41,546 bases of DNA from Clostridium sp. CAG:302 (GCA_963658165.1 CAVKQP010000001.1:1-41546); one strand, 5' to 3'. Positions 17,481 to 27,056 are shown, counted from the stretch's first letter. The notes: generated by a model from the letters alone, not told the origin. Translations and numbers: made by a program.

Positions 17481-20400
17481 ATGAACAACAACTTTACCAA
17501 ACTCATGCTGGCAGCATTGCTCACGGGCGGAAGCCTTGGTGTAAGTGCTGACGATCTTATCGCATTCCCAGATGCAGCGGGATGGGGCCGTTTCGCCAAA
17601 GGCGTACGTGCCAATTTGTCTAGTGCATCTGTTTATCATGTGACCAATCTGAAAGATTCTGGCACGGGTTCTCTCCGTGATGCTATCAGTCAGCCTAACC
17701 GTATCATTGTGTTCGATGTGGCAGGTGTCATCAATATTTCCAGCCGATTAGTGTTTAAGAATAATCTGTATGTGGCTGGTCAGACAGCTCCTGGTGAGGG
17801 TGTCACTGTTTATGGTGATGGCGTTTCTTTCTCTGGCGCCAACAACATCATTGTGCGCTACATGCGTTTCCGCATGGGACATGGAGGTTCTTCAGGGAAA
17901 GACTGTGCTGGTATTGCCAATGGTCAGAACATGATTTTCGACCATTGCTCGTTCTCTTGGGGTTTGGACGAAACCTTCTCTATCAATCCCGACAACAAAG
18001 GTCAGCATCCTGACTACATCACCATCTCAAATACCATTATGGGACAAGGCTTGATGCCTCACTCAGCTGGTGGCTTGATGCAGTCTAACTATATCACGCT
18101 CTATCGCAACCTTTATTGCGACAACTCTACCCGTAACAATAAGGTGAAGGGTATCAATCAGTTTGTGAACAATGTGGTTTACAACTGGTCCAACATGGCT
18201 TACAATATGGGTGGTGATTCTTCAGGAGATTCTTATTGCAATATTGAGGGCAATCTATTTATTAATGGTCCATCGAAAGGTGGCAACGCTTTCTCTGGTG
18301 GAAGCGGTGAAGGTGCTTTCAATTTCTATGGAAACGATAACTGGCAGGATAGTAACATGGATGGTATCTTTGATCCATACGAAGTGACCAATTATGCTGC
18401 AGGTACTCGTCAAGACACTCCTTACGATTATCCTGAATTGCCTAAATATGCAGGAAACAGTTTGTTGGAAACGCTGATTCCTACTGTAGGTGCCTCCTTG
18501 CCCTATCGAGATCCTAGTGATTGCTATATGATAGACGAGGTGATGTCGGTTGGCAAGAAGGGCGCGCTCATTTCCAATGAAGAAACACTTCCTTATGGTG
18601 CTCCAAATACATGGTCGGTATGGGGCGGCAATAGCCGTGTGGATACAGACGATGATGGCATTCCCGATGTTTGGGAAACTAAGCTAGGTACCGATCCTAA
18701 CAAGGACGATGCACTTGAATTGGCTGCTAATGGATACACCAACATAGAGAACTATGTAAATAGTATTACAGTAGATGACAGGGATTACTACCTTCGCAAA
18801 CCTTTGTGTATCGAATTTGTCTCTGCCACTACGTCAACCATTAAGTTGCAATGGTGCGATTACACTTATGGAGAGGATGGCTTTGTTATAGAACTCAGGA
18901 AGGCAGGTACGAATGTTTGGAAGGAAATGGCTCGCACTAGTGCTAATGCAACGTCTTATACTTTGACGGGACTGCCCGATGGAACTCAATATGATGTGCG
19001 TCTGCGTGCATTTGCAGATGATAAAACGTCGGATTATTCTGAGGTGGTTACCATGGCTACGCGTCCCGTTGAGACTGGTGTTATCGACATAGATAGCTAT
19101 GAACCCGACTTGACGTGGGACAATACAGCTACTGCTTGGGATTTGACAACAAAGAGTTGGAATGGTGGCCAAGAAGCGTATACTGATGGCAAGAAGGTGC
19201 TTTTCAATGCGACGGAAGATGCGACGGCAATGCTTACGGAAACCGTATTACCTGAGGCTATTGTAGTAAAGGGCAATGGCAACGTGACGATTGATGGCAC
19301 AGGATTCATTAATGGTGAGACTTCAGTGAACAAAGGTGGTGAAGGAACCTTGACACTGAAGACTGAAAATACGTATGAGGGAGCAACTGTACTCCATGAT
19401 GGCGTCATTGAATTCAGTAGTTTGAAAGATGGTGGACAAGCCAGTGCCATTGGCGCAAGTACTAATTTTGCACAAAACTGGATCTTCGATGGTGGCGTTT
19501 ATAAATATACAGGCGCATCTACCTCTACCGACCGTGCTGCGCAAGTGAAGAACGAAACTGAACTTAATGTAGCGAATAAGTCAGCGGTTGTTACCATGAA
19601 TGGCACATTCGAAGGCAGTGGCGACTTGGCTTTCAATGGTGAAGGACAAGTGAAAATAGGAACAACGAAATTCTTTAGCTATACGGGCGCTACCATTCTC
19701 CGTGGCGGAACGGTTTATCTCTCTACTACAGATATATCGAAAGCAGGTATAGGCTCTTCTTCTAAATTGGTGATGGCTGGTGGTGAATTGAAGACCAAAG
19801 GCGAAACGAGTGGTTATGAGACCTATTCGTTCCCGATGGAGATAAAGGCTGGAACGGTGTCTCAATTCTCTCCTAATCGTTGCTGTTATTGGAATAGCAC
19901 GGTGACTGGTTCTGGTACCCTGCAGTTTAACATTCCCTATTTGCGTGAGTATCTGAAAGGAAATTTCAAAGAATTTACAGGAAAACTCATTGCAAATGGC
20001 GTTTCTACGGAAAAGGAAGGCTCTCTGTTGTTGCTGAATAGCAATAGTGTGACACTGCCTAATGCTATAGTAGAGTTGGCTGGCAATGCCCGTTTGGCGG
20101 CTTGGGAAACGAATGGAGCCAGTACGATTGGTGGTTTGTCGGGTGCCAAAACAACTTATCTGAGCGGTTCAAGCAAGAAAACTAGTGGGTTCAGTTGTAC
20201 ATGGACTATCGGTGGTGCCAATACAGATGAAACATTTGAAGGAAAAATCAACAATTGGTCTGCTGGTGGTAGCGGATATAAGGGAAATACCAAGATAATC
20301 AAGACAGGTAAAGGTTATTGGCGATTGACGGGTACCAACGATTTTAGTGGTGGTACTGTGATTAATGGTGGTAATCTGATTGTCAATGGTACAAACAGCG

Positions 20401-20987
20401 GCACGGGTAATGTGACCTTGAACAATGTCGGTTCCACCCTTTCTGGAAAGGGTAGTGTTGCTGGTGCTGTGAAGGTGACGAACGGAACCATTATTCAGGC
20501 TGGCGACATTGAAGATGAAGACTACGGCACGAAGTTGACCTTGAAAGGCCAGTTGACTGTGGCTTCTGGCGGTATTGTCAGTGTACAGACAGACGGCACC
20601 ACTTGCAACACCATCGTGACTACTGCTCCTATACTTGAAGATGGTGCGGTGATCCAAATTGGTGAGGGCGAGTCCGATAGTTCTTATGCTTTAGGTAAGA
20701 CCTACCAAGTGTTCTCCACGGGTGCCACACTCAAAGGAAAAGTCAAGATAATTCCTTCTGCCCCCTATAACGGTTTGGTTTGGGATACCAGCGCATTGTC
20801 TACGGAAGGTGTACTGAAAGTGGCAGATGCTACAGGAATTCAAGGCATCAGCGTGGCAGATGGTTTGAAGAATGTACAGTATTTCGATGTAAATGGTGTG
20901 CGTGTATCTAGTCCTGCTGCAGGTGCAACCATCGTGCGCGGCACAGATGCCAATGGCAAAGTAATCGTTCGCAAGATTATGAAGTAA
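17481..20987 (+). CDS. Multidomain pectate lyase: PL1 + FN3 + autotransporter-associated beta-strand repeats + probable T9SS C-terminal domain
   Basis: AFPDAAGWG, VYHVTNLKDSGTGSLRDA, AGQTAPGEG and DHCSFSWGLDE; DTDDDGIPDVWE; FN3-like ...YTLTGLPDGTQYDVRLRA; repeats KGGEGTLTLKTENTYEGAT and KTGKGYWRLTGTNDFSGGT; tail TGIQGI...YFDVNGVRV...RKIMK. Confidence 0.88.
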   Translation: MNNNFTKLMLAALLTGGSLGVSADDLIAFPDAAGWGRFAKGVRANLSSASVYHVTNLKDSGTGSLRDAISQPNRIIVFDVAGVINISSRLVFKNNLYVAGQTAPGEGVTVYGDGVSFSGANNIIVRYMRFRMGHGGSSGKDCAGIANGQNMIFDHCSFSWGLDETFSINPDNKGQHPDYITISNTIMGQGLMPHSAGGLMQSNYITLYRNLYCDNSTRNNKVKGINQFVNNVVYNWSNMAYNMGGDSSGDSYCNIEGNLFINGPSKGGNAFSGGSGEGAFNFYGNDNWQDSNMDGIFDPYEVTNYAAGTRQDTPYDYPELPKYAGNSLLETLIPTVGASLPYRDPSDCYMIDEVMSVGKKGALISNEETLPYGAPNTWSVWGGNSRVDTDDDGIPDVWETKLGTDPNKDDALELAANGYTNIENYVNSITVDDRDYYLRKPLCIEFVSATTSTIKLQWCDYTYGEDGFVIELRKAGTNVWKEMARTSANATSYTLTGLPDGTQYDVRLRAFADDKTSDYSEVVTMATRPVETGVIDIDSYEPDLTWDNTATAWDLTTKSWNGGQEAYTDGKKVLFNATEDATAMLTETVLPEAIVVKGNGNVTIDGTGFINGETSVNKGGEGTLTLKTENTYEGATVLHDGVIEFSSLKDGGQASAIGASTNFAQNWIFDGGVYKYTGASTSTDRAAQVKNETELNVANKSAVVTMNGTFEGSGDLAFNGEGQVKIGTTKFFSYTGATILRGGTVYLSTTDISKAGIGSSSKLVMAGGELKTKGETSGYETYSFPMEIKAGTVSQFSPNRCCYWNSTVTGSGTLQFNIPYLREYLKGNFKEFTGKLIANGVSTEKEGSLLLLNSNSVTLPNAIVELAGNARLAAWETNGASTIGGLSGAKTTYLSGSSKKTSGFSCTWTIGGANTDETFEGKINNWSAGGSGYKGNTKIIKTGKGYWRLTGTNDFSGGTVINGGNLIVNGTNSGTGNVTLNNVGSTLSGKGSVAGAVKVTNGTIIQAGDIEDEDYGTKLTLKGQLTVASGGIVSVQTDGTTCNTIVTTAPILEDGAVIQIGEGESDSSYALGKTYQVFSTGATLKGKVKIIPSAPYNGLVWDTSALSTEGVLKVADATGIQGISVADGLKNVQYFDVNGVRVSSPAAGATIVRGTDANGKVIVRKIMK

Positions 20988-21012
20988 CAATAGATTGTTA
21001 TTCTATAAGATG

Positions 21013-21048
21013 GTCGGGCATTGGGATAGTTCCAGTGCCCGACTTTTT
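21013..21048 (+). terminator. Intrinsic terminator
   Basis: GTCGGGCATTGG...CCAGTGCCCGAC followed by TTTTT. Confidence 0.85.
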
Positions 21049-21078
21049 AATTTCTATGAGTTATTTATGTCATTTTGT

Positions 21079-21140
21079 GAAGTGGACTGCATTAGTCAAC
21101 ACACTAGGCTGCGATGACCGATGCAGCCTTGTGCATTTTT
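21079..21140. repeat. Second copy of the 22-bp repeat family seen at 2564-2641, in palindromic form
   Basis: ACACTAGGCTGCGATGACCGAT matches unit 2586-2607 at 16/22. CACTAGGCTGC...GCAGCCTTGTG forms a 10/11 stem. The end GTGCATTTTT is the reverse complement of AAAAATGCAC at 2558-2567. Confidence 0.65.
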
Positions 21141-21236
21141 AGAAGCCGAAATTTTCTTGATATTAGCTAGCAGACTCTATGTACGGAAACGTAAACCCGT
21201 GGACGATTTTGTAGGCGATATATATATGTGGTATCG

Positions 21237-21244
21237 TAATTTTG
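21237..21244 (+). promoter_or_regulatory. -7 promoter box TAATTTTG for the PL1/GH95-like/PL11 unit
   Basis: TAnnTTTG consensus. It overlaps the ORF track's TTG start at 21242, so that start is unlikely. Confidence 0.6.
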
Positions 21245-21271
21245 CCGTCACAAGCTAAAACCAGAAACTCG

Positions 21272-22369
21272 ATGATTAGGATGAATATGTGTGGACTCTT
21301 GTCCGCCCTCTTGTTGCTGCTTGGTGGAGCCAATATGGCTTGCGCCAAAGAGTTGGCATTCCCAGGTGCTATGGGCTTCGGCAAATATGTGTCGGGGGGC
21401 CGTGGCGGTGATACCGTGCGGGTGACCAACCTGAACGCATCGGGACCTGGTTCGCTTGCCGATGCAGTGAGTCGTCCGCATCGCATCGTGGTGTTCGACG
21501 TGGCAGGCGTGATACGACTGAAGCCCACGGAGCGCATTGTGGTGGAGAGCGACATTTCGGTGTTGGGGCAGACGGCACCAGGCGAGGGTATCACCATCTA
21601 TGGCAGCACCATGCAGGTGAAAGGCAATAATGTAATCCTTCGCTATCTCCGCATACGAGGCAGCATCAACATGCCCCGCGGTAAGTGTGCTTTTGTGTGT
21701 GATCATGTAAACGGTCTGATGGTAGACCACTGCTCTATATCGTGGGGCAGATGGGATAATGCCCATATCAAGAACAGCCGCAATGTGACGTGGCAGAATT
21801 GCATCATCGCAGAGGGAATAGCGCCGCAACGCTTCGGCGCTATCACTGATGAGACCGACCGATGGACGGTGACACGTTGTCTGTGGGCGAACAACAAGAG
21901 TCGTAACCCAAAGATGAAGTGCCGCATACAGTATGTGAACAACGTGGTGTATAACTGCAACAACGGAGCAGTGGGTGGACATTCGGAGCGCGACCACTAT
22001 CAGGATGTGGTGAACAATGTCTTCATTTCCGGTCCCACCTCGGACCATCCTACTAGCTATTTCAACCTGTGGACTGCCACAGACCACCTCTATCAGCAGG
22101 GTAATGTGCAGGATACCATTGTGGACGGCGCGTTTAAACCCCAACTAATCACCTCGTTCTCCAAAGCACGTTTGGTCAAGAAACCTCATTTCAAAGCTTT
22201 CCCTACCCAAGACCTGCTCACCGTAGAGCAGACCGTAGAAGAAGTGATACGCACGGCAGGCGCATCGAAAGTGCGCGACCGTCACGATCAGCGCATCATC
22301 AGTCAACTCCAATCCATGGGCTTGGAAGGCAGGAAGATAGACGATGAAATACAGGTGGGTGGAATTTAG
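21272..22369 (+). CDS. PL1-family polysaccharide lyase, single domain, signal peptide
   Basis: AFPGAMGFG, GGRGG, VTNLNASGPGSL, GQTAPGEG, VDHCSISWG, RNPK and VNNVVYN. Start is ATG 21272, 21281 or 21287. Confidence 0.88.
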   Translation: MIRMNMCGLLSALLLLLGGANMACAKELAFPGAMGFGKYVSGGRGGDTVRVTNLNASGPGSLADAVSRPHRIVVFDVAGVIRLKPTERIVVESDISVLGQTAPGEGITIYGSTMQVKGNNVILRYLRIRGSINMPRGKCAFVCDHVNGLMVDHCSISWGRWDNAHIKNSRNVTWQNCIIAEGIAPQRFGAITDETDRWTVTRCLWANNKSRNPKMKCRIQYVNNVVYNCNNGAVGGHSERDHYQDVVNNVFISGPTSDHPTSYFNLWTATDHLYQQGNVQDTIVDGAFKPQLITSFSKARLVKKPHFKAFPTQDLLTVEQTVEEVIRTAGASKVRDRHDQRIISQLQSMGLEGRKIDDEIQVGGI

Positions 22370-22393
22370 ATTATAATAAAAACAATATAAAAC

Positions 22394-24484
22394 ATGAGAA
22401 AACTTTTTGTAGGAGTCTGCTTGTTGTTCGCTATGGGCATCAGTGCTCAAAGCATTGACCGACAGGCAGTGGTAGAGAGAAACAATCCCCATGTGACGCA
22501 GATGGACTCGCTCAGTTCATTGTCTGTCGGCAATGGCGGTTTTGCCATGACCGTAGACGGCACCGGACTGCAGTCCTTTCCCGAGCGTTACAGCAAAGGT
22601 GTACCCCTTGGCACGATGAGCGACTGGGGATGGCATGCATTTAAGAATCCAGAGAATTACAAGGAACAAGAGAGCTGGAAATACTACGACTTCGGTCGTG
22701 GCCGCAAGGAACCTTATGCCACCCAGGTGAAGGACGACAAACGTGCTAAAGCTGCTGGCGACTGGTATCGTGTGAACCCCCACAGATTGCATCTCGGCAC
22801 GCTCGGAGTGTCGCTCGGTACCGACCCTAAGGCAATACAAAACATCAACCAGACCTTGGATATGTGGGCGGGCGAAATCAACAGTAGCTTCACCTATAAG
22901 GGCAAGAACTATCAGGTGCAGACCGTCTGCGATCCAGAACAAGATATGATCGGTACCCACATCACGTCTAGCGGCAAGATTGCCGTAGACTTGCGTTTTC
23001 CTTATCCCACGGGCGGCCATTGTGACGATGCTTGCGACTGGACAAAAGACAATCTGCATAGCACCGTCTTGGTCAACAAGACTGCCAACGCTGCTACCTT
23101 GAAGCGCACCATCGATGCTACTGTCTACTATGTGACACTGCGCTGGACAGGCAAGGCAAACATCAAGCAGACAGGCAAGAACCGCTACCAACTGATAGCT
23201 GGCGGCAAGGAACTGAGCCTCACCTGCGAATATTCCGAACAACTAGCCAAGACCGAAAAAACCTTTGCTCAGGTGGAAGCCGACAGTAAGGCTTATTGGG
23301 AAAACTATTGGAAGACGGGCGCTATGGTAGATTTCGGTGCTTGCAAGGATGTACGTGCCAAAGAAATGGAACGCCGCGTGGTGCTCAGCCAATATCTGCT
23401 TGCCATTCAGGATGGTGGCGACACACCTCCACAAGAAACAGGCTTGACCTATAACTCTTGGTTTGGCAAGTTCCATCTCGAAATGATACTGTGGCATCAG
23501 GCACAGTTTGCCCTTTGGGGACATCCCGAACTTCTTGACCGTTCCCTCTCTTGGTATTTCAAGGCAGAGGACAACGCACGCAAGATTGCTGAGCGCCAGG
23601 GCTTCAAGGGCGTGCGTTGGATGAAGATGACCGACCCTGATGCTGGCGAAGCGCCATCAAGTGTGGGTAGCTTCCTCATTTGGCAGCAACCACACCTCAT
23701 CTATCTCGCAGAGTTGCTCTATCGTGCCAACCCCACACCACAGGTGCTCCAAAAGTATGCACGATTGGTAGACGAGACGGCGGAGTTTATGGGCGACTTT
23801 GCAGAATATGACAAGCAGAACGATCGCTATATCCTTCGTGGCTGCATCGCTGCACAGGAGACCCTGCCAGCAGCTACGACGGTGAACCCACCGTTTGAGT
23901 TGAGCTATTGGCACTGTGCACTCCAAATTGCGCAGCAGTGGCGTGAGCGCTTGGGCAAGGCGCGTGATGCACATTGGGATGATATCATCAACAAAATTTC
24001 TCCATTGGCATCTAAAGACAGTCTCTATCTTGCTGCCGAGACGCAGCCCGATTCCTATACCAATGTGAAGATGTTCAGCGACCATCCGGCTGTGACGGGT
24101 GCCGTGGGACTGTTACCTTACAACAGCAAGCAAGTGAACCTCGACATTATGAAGAACACCGAGAAGTGGATATGGAAGAATTGGAAGTGGGACACCTCTT
24201 GGGGTTGGGACTATCCGATGATGGCGATGTGTGCCGCTCGGATGGGCGAACCGCAGAATGCTGTGGGCGCGCTGATGATGAAGGAACAGAAGAACACCTA
24301 TCTCATCAATGGCCATAACTATCAAGATGGTCGTTTGCGCCTCTATCTGCCGGGCAATGGTGGCTATCTCATGGCTGTGGCAATGATGTGTGCTGGATGG
24401 GATGGTTCAACGAACCCCAATCCCGGTTTCCCTCAAGATGGCAATTGGAATGTGAAATGGGAAGGACTCAAGGCAATGCCTTAA
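22394..24484 (+). CDS. Uncharacterised secreted six-hairpin (alpha/alpha)6 glycosidase-like protein, distantly related to GH95/GH65
   Basis: Signal peptide (ISA-Q). Motifs LSVGNGGF, QYLLAIQ..PPQETGLTYNSWFGKFHLEM, AAQET and YLPGNGG are collinear with those of the GH95 in this window (alignment by eye). Confidence 0.7.
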   Translation: MRKLFVGVCLLFAMGISAQSIDRQAVVERNNPHVTQMDSLSSLSVGNGGFAMTVDGTGLQSFPERYSKGVPLGTMSDWGWHAFKNPENYKEQESWKYYDFGRGRKEPYATQVKDDKRAKAAGDWYRVNPHRLHLGTLGVSLGTDPKAIQNINQTLDMWAGEINSSFTYKGKNYQVQTVCDPEQDMIGTHITSSGKIAVDLRFPYPTGGHCDDACDWTKDNLHSTVLVNKTANAATLKRTIDATVYYVTLRWTGKANIKQTGKNRYQLIAGGKELSLTCEYSEQLAKTEKTFAQVEADSKAYWENYWKTGAMVDFGACKDVRAKEMERRVVLSQYLLAIQDGGDTPPQETGLTYNSWFGKFHLEMILWHQAQFALWGHPELLDRSLSWYFKAEDNARKIAERQGFKGVRWMKMTDPDAGEAPSSVGSFLIWQQPHLIYLAELLYRANPTPQVLQKYARLVDETAEFMGDFAEYDKQNDRYILRGCIAAQETLPAATTVNPPFELSYWHCALQIAQQWRERLGKARDAHWDDIINKISPLASKDSLYLAAETQPDSYTNVKMFSDHPAVTGAVGLLPYNSKQVNLDIMKNTEKWIWKNWKWDTSWGWDYPMMAMCAARMGEPQNAVGALMMKEQKNTYLINGHNYQDGRLRLYLPGNGGYLMAVAMMCAGWDGSTNPNPGFPQDGNWNVKWEGLKAMP

Positions 24485-24517
24485 CTTCTCTATGTTATAT
24501 ATATAATAAGGTATACA

Positions 24518-26794
24518 ATGAAAACTCGAATCATAACCTCGTTGTTTGCACTTGCCCTTTCTTTGGGCAGTGCACAGGCTCAGTGGATCACACCGACGAG
24601 CCAGATGGAAAAGTTGGATCGTGGTGTGGTTGCTCTGAAGAACGGGCAGGGGAGTGGCATTCTTGTCAGTTGGCGACTCCTTGCCACGGACAATAAGAAC
24701 GTAACATTTAATGTGCTTCGTGACGGAGCAGTTGTCAAGCGCGGCATTGCTGATGTCACCTACTATAAGGACGAGACAAGTGGCGTGCACCAATATCAGG
24801 TGCAGACCGTCTTGAACGGGGAAGTCTTAGAGACATCCAAGGCAGTGACTTCTGTGGACGATTATTTCTTGCAGTTGAAACTCGACCGTCCTGCTAATGG
24901 CGTTACACCAGACAAAAAGACATACGGCTATTCACCCAACGACTGTAGTGTCGGCGATGTGGATGGCGACGGAGAGTATGAACTCATTGTGAAGTGGGAT
25001 CCTTCCAATTCACAGGATAACTCGATAGCAGGGTATACAGGCAATGTGTATCTCGACTGCTACAAACTGGACGGTACCAAGCTGTGGCGCGTAGACCTTG
25101 GCAAGAATATCCGTGCTGGTGCTCACTACACGCAATTCCTTGTCTACGATTTTGACGGAGACGGCAAGGCTGAGATGATTTGCAAGACCGCGCCAGGCAG
25201 CACGGATAGTGAAGGCAACTATGTGAGTGAGGTGGCTGACGAGGCTACCATCAAGAACGTGAACAATACCAAGGATTGGCGATATACTTCGGGTAGTAAT
25301 ATCGGAAAGATAAGCGGCGGTCAGGAATGGCTCACCGTGTTTAACGGAGAGACGGGCAAGGCTGTGCACACCGTGTTCTATAACCCGAATCGCAATGGAG
25401 GCTTGGGTGGCGAGGCTAGTCCTACCAAGAACTGGAAAGAGAGTGGAACAGATACAAGCTATGGCAATCGTGGCGAACGTTATCTTGCCACAGTAGCATA
25501 CTTGGATGGATCCGACAAGAACCCTTCTGCCGTGATGTGCCGTGGTTACTATACCTATGCTTATATGTGGGCGGTAGACTTCGATGGTAGCAAGTTGAAG
25601 ACCAAGTGGTTCCACGCTTCAGAGTCGAAGAACCAAGTGGTAGTGACCGATGCCGATGGTAACAAGACGACAACAAAGTACACAAAGAATACTTCAAACT
25701 CAAGCCAAAGTTGCACGCTCTATGGCAACGGCAACCACAACTTGTCGTGTGGCGATGTGGACGGTGACGGCAAGGACGAGATCATCTATGGTTCGGCAGC
25801 GGTAGACCACGACGGCAGTCTGCTCTATGCTGTAGGTTTGGGTCATGGAGATGCCATACACATGAGTACGCTCATCCCCGATCGTGGAGGTTTGCAGGTG
25901 TTTGAGGTGCATGAGGAAAAGCCTTATGGTTGGGATATCCATGATGCTGCTACGGGAGAAGTGTTGAAATACGTGACCGGTTCTGGTGATAACGGACGCG
26001 GTATGGCTGCTGACTTTGTGACTTCTCATCGCGGTTTTGAATTCTGGTCGCAAAACGATAAAGTGGCGCGCAAGGCGGATGATGGTGAACTAATTTCTTC
26101 GAAATGTCCATCTATGAATTTTCGTATTTATTGGGATGGTGATCTCTACGACGAACTATTCGATGGAAGATATGATTCGAACACGACGGCGTGTACCCCT
26201 CAGTTGACGAAATATAAGGATGCGAACATGAGGTCATTCAAATATTTCGATATTAATGGTAAGGATTTTGCTAACTTGGGGAATTCCGTCACATGTAACA
26301 CCACCAAGGCAACACCTTGTCTTCAGGCAGACTTGTTCGGTGACTGGCGCGAAGAGTTGATTTTGTGGAACAATGCCGACTCTTGTACGCTTAACATCTT
26401 CACCACAAGTGAGTCTACTAACTATCGCATTCCTACCTTGATGCACGATCATACCTATCGTTTGGGCATCACTTGGCAGAATGCAGCCTATAACCAGCCA
26501 CCTCACTTGGGTTTCTATCTGCCCGACTATGTGGCACAAGTCACTGCCATCAAGAACGTGAATGCAGTCGATGGCGATTGGATTGCGTTTGAAGCCAACA
26601 ATCAGGTGCGCACCGAAGTGCTGGCTGGCGAGCAAGTAGACATTGCTATCTATGATATGAGCGGCAGACTTTGCTGGAACACACGAGTGCAAGGTAGCCA
26701 GTTGGTGCAGTTGCCAGAACAGGCAAGCGGCACTTACATGTTGAAGGCAAAATCAAACGGGAACATATACACACGCAAGTATATTGTAAAATAA
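24518..26794 (+). CDS. Rhamnogalacturonan lyase, PL11 (YesW/YesX-like), with T9SS type A C-terminal domain
   Basis: QMEKLDRGVVA, SWRLL, YSPNDCSVGDVDGDGEYE, NIRAGAHYTQFLVYDFDGDG, RGYY, GHGDAIH, ADLFGDWREE and YNQPPH; tail IYDMSGR...GTYMLK...RKYIVK. Confidence 0.95.
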   Translation: MKTRIITSLFALALSLGSAQAQWITPTSQMEKLDRGVVALKNGQGSGILVSWRLLATDNKNVTFNVLRDGAVVKRGIADVTYYKDETSGVHQYQVQTVLNGEVLETSKAVTSVDDYFLQLKLDRPANGVTPDKKTYGYSPNDCSVGDVDGDGEYELIVKWDPSNSQDNSIAGYTGNVYLDCYKLDGTKLWRVDLGKNIRAGAHYTQFLVYDFDGDGKAEMICKTAPGSTDSEGNYVSEVADEATIKNVNNTKDWRYTSGSNIGKISGGQEWLTVFNGETGKAVHTVFYNPNRNGGLGGEASPTKNWKESGTDTSYGNRGERYLATVAYLDGSDKNPSAVMCRGYYTYAYMWAVDFDGSKLKTKWFHASESKNQVVVTDADGNKTTTKYTKNTSNSSQSCTLYGNGNHNLSCGDVDGDGKDEIIYGSAAVDHDGSLLYAVGLGHGDAIHMSTLIPDRGGLQVFEVHEEKPYGWDIHDAATGEVLKYVTGSGDNGRGMAADFVTSHRGFEFWSQNDKVARKADDGELISSKCPSMNFRIYWDGDLYDELFDGRYDSNTTACTPQLTKYKDANMRSFKYFDINGKDFANLGNSVTCNTTKATPCLQADLFGDWREELILWNNADSCTLNIFTTSESTNYRIPTLMHDHTYRLGITWQNAAYNQPPHLGFYLPDYVAQVTAIKNVNAVDGDWIAFEANNQVRTEVLAGEQVDIAIYDMSGRLCWNTRVQGSQLVQLPEQASGTYMLKAKSNGNIYTRKYIVK

Positions 26795-26818
26795 TTGTTC
26801 TTAAAGTAAGAGAAAAAT

Positions 26819-26855
26819 ATCAAAAGGCGGGCTCCTAGTGAGTCCGCCTTTTGAT
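26819..26855. terminator. Intrinsic terminator (bidirectional form)
   Basis: ATCAAAAGGCGGGCTC-CTAGT-GAGTCCGCCTTTTGAT. Confidence 0.85.
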
Positions 26856-26939
26856 TTGTAATATTGAACGATTGTTAAATATAGGGTGGAAAATATACAT
26901 TTTTCGGGTGATTTTCTTGTGGCCTAACCTTTTTTGTTC

Positions 26940-26947
26940 TATATTTG
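26940..26947 (+). promoter_or_regulatory. -7 promoter box TATATTTG for the first susC
   Basis: TAnnTTTG consensus about 110 nt before ATG 27057. Confidence 0.6.
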
Positions 26948-27056
26948 CGTCCGTAATACCTACTATCTGACCTTCTTCTTGTGAATAAATACTAATGACT
27001 AATAAAGAAAAAAGAAGGAACAAACCAATAACAATAACAATTTTAAATCTTCATTT

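Noticed and set aside
1920..21271. ORF-track starts at 1937, 2526, 11422 and 21242
   Set aside because: These starts fall inside, upstream of, or immediately after predicted -7 boxes. Downstream ATGs (1919, 2445, 11479, 21272) give better signal peptides or start contexts.
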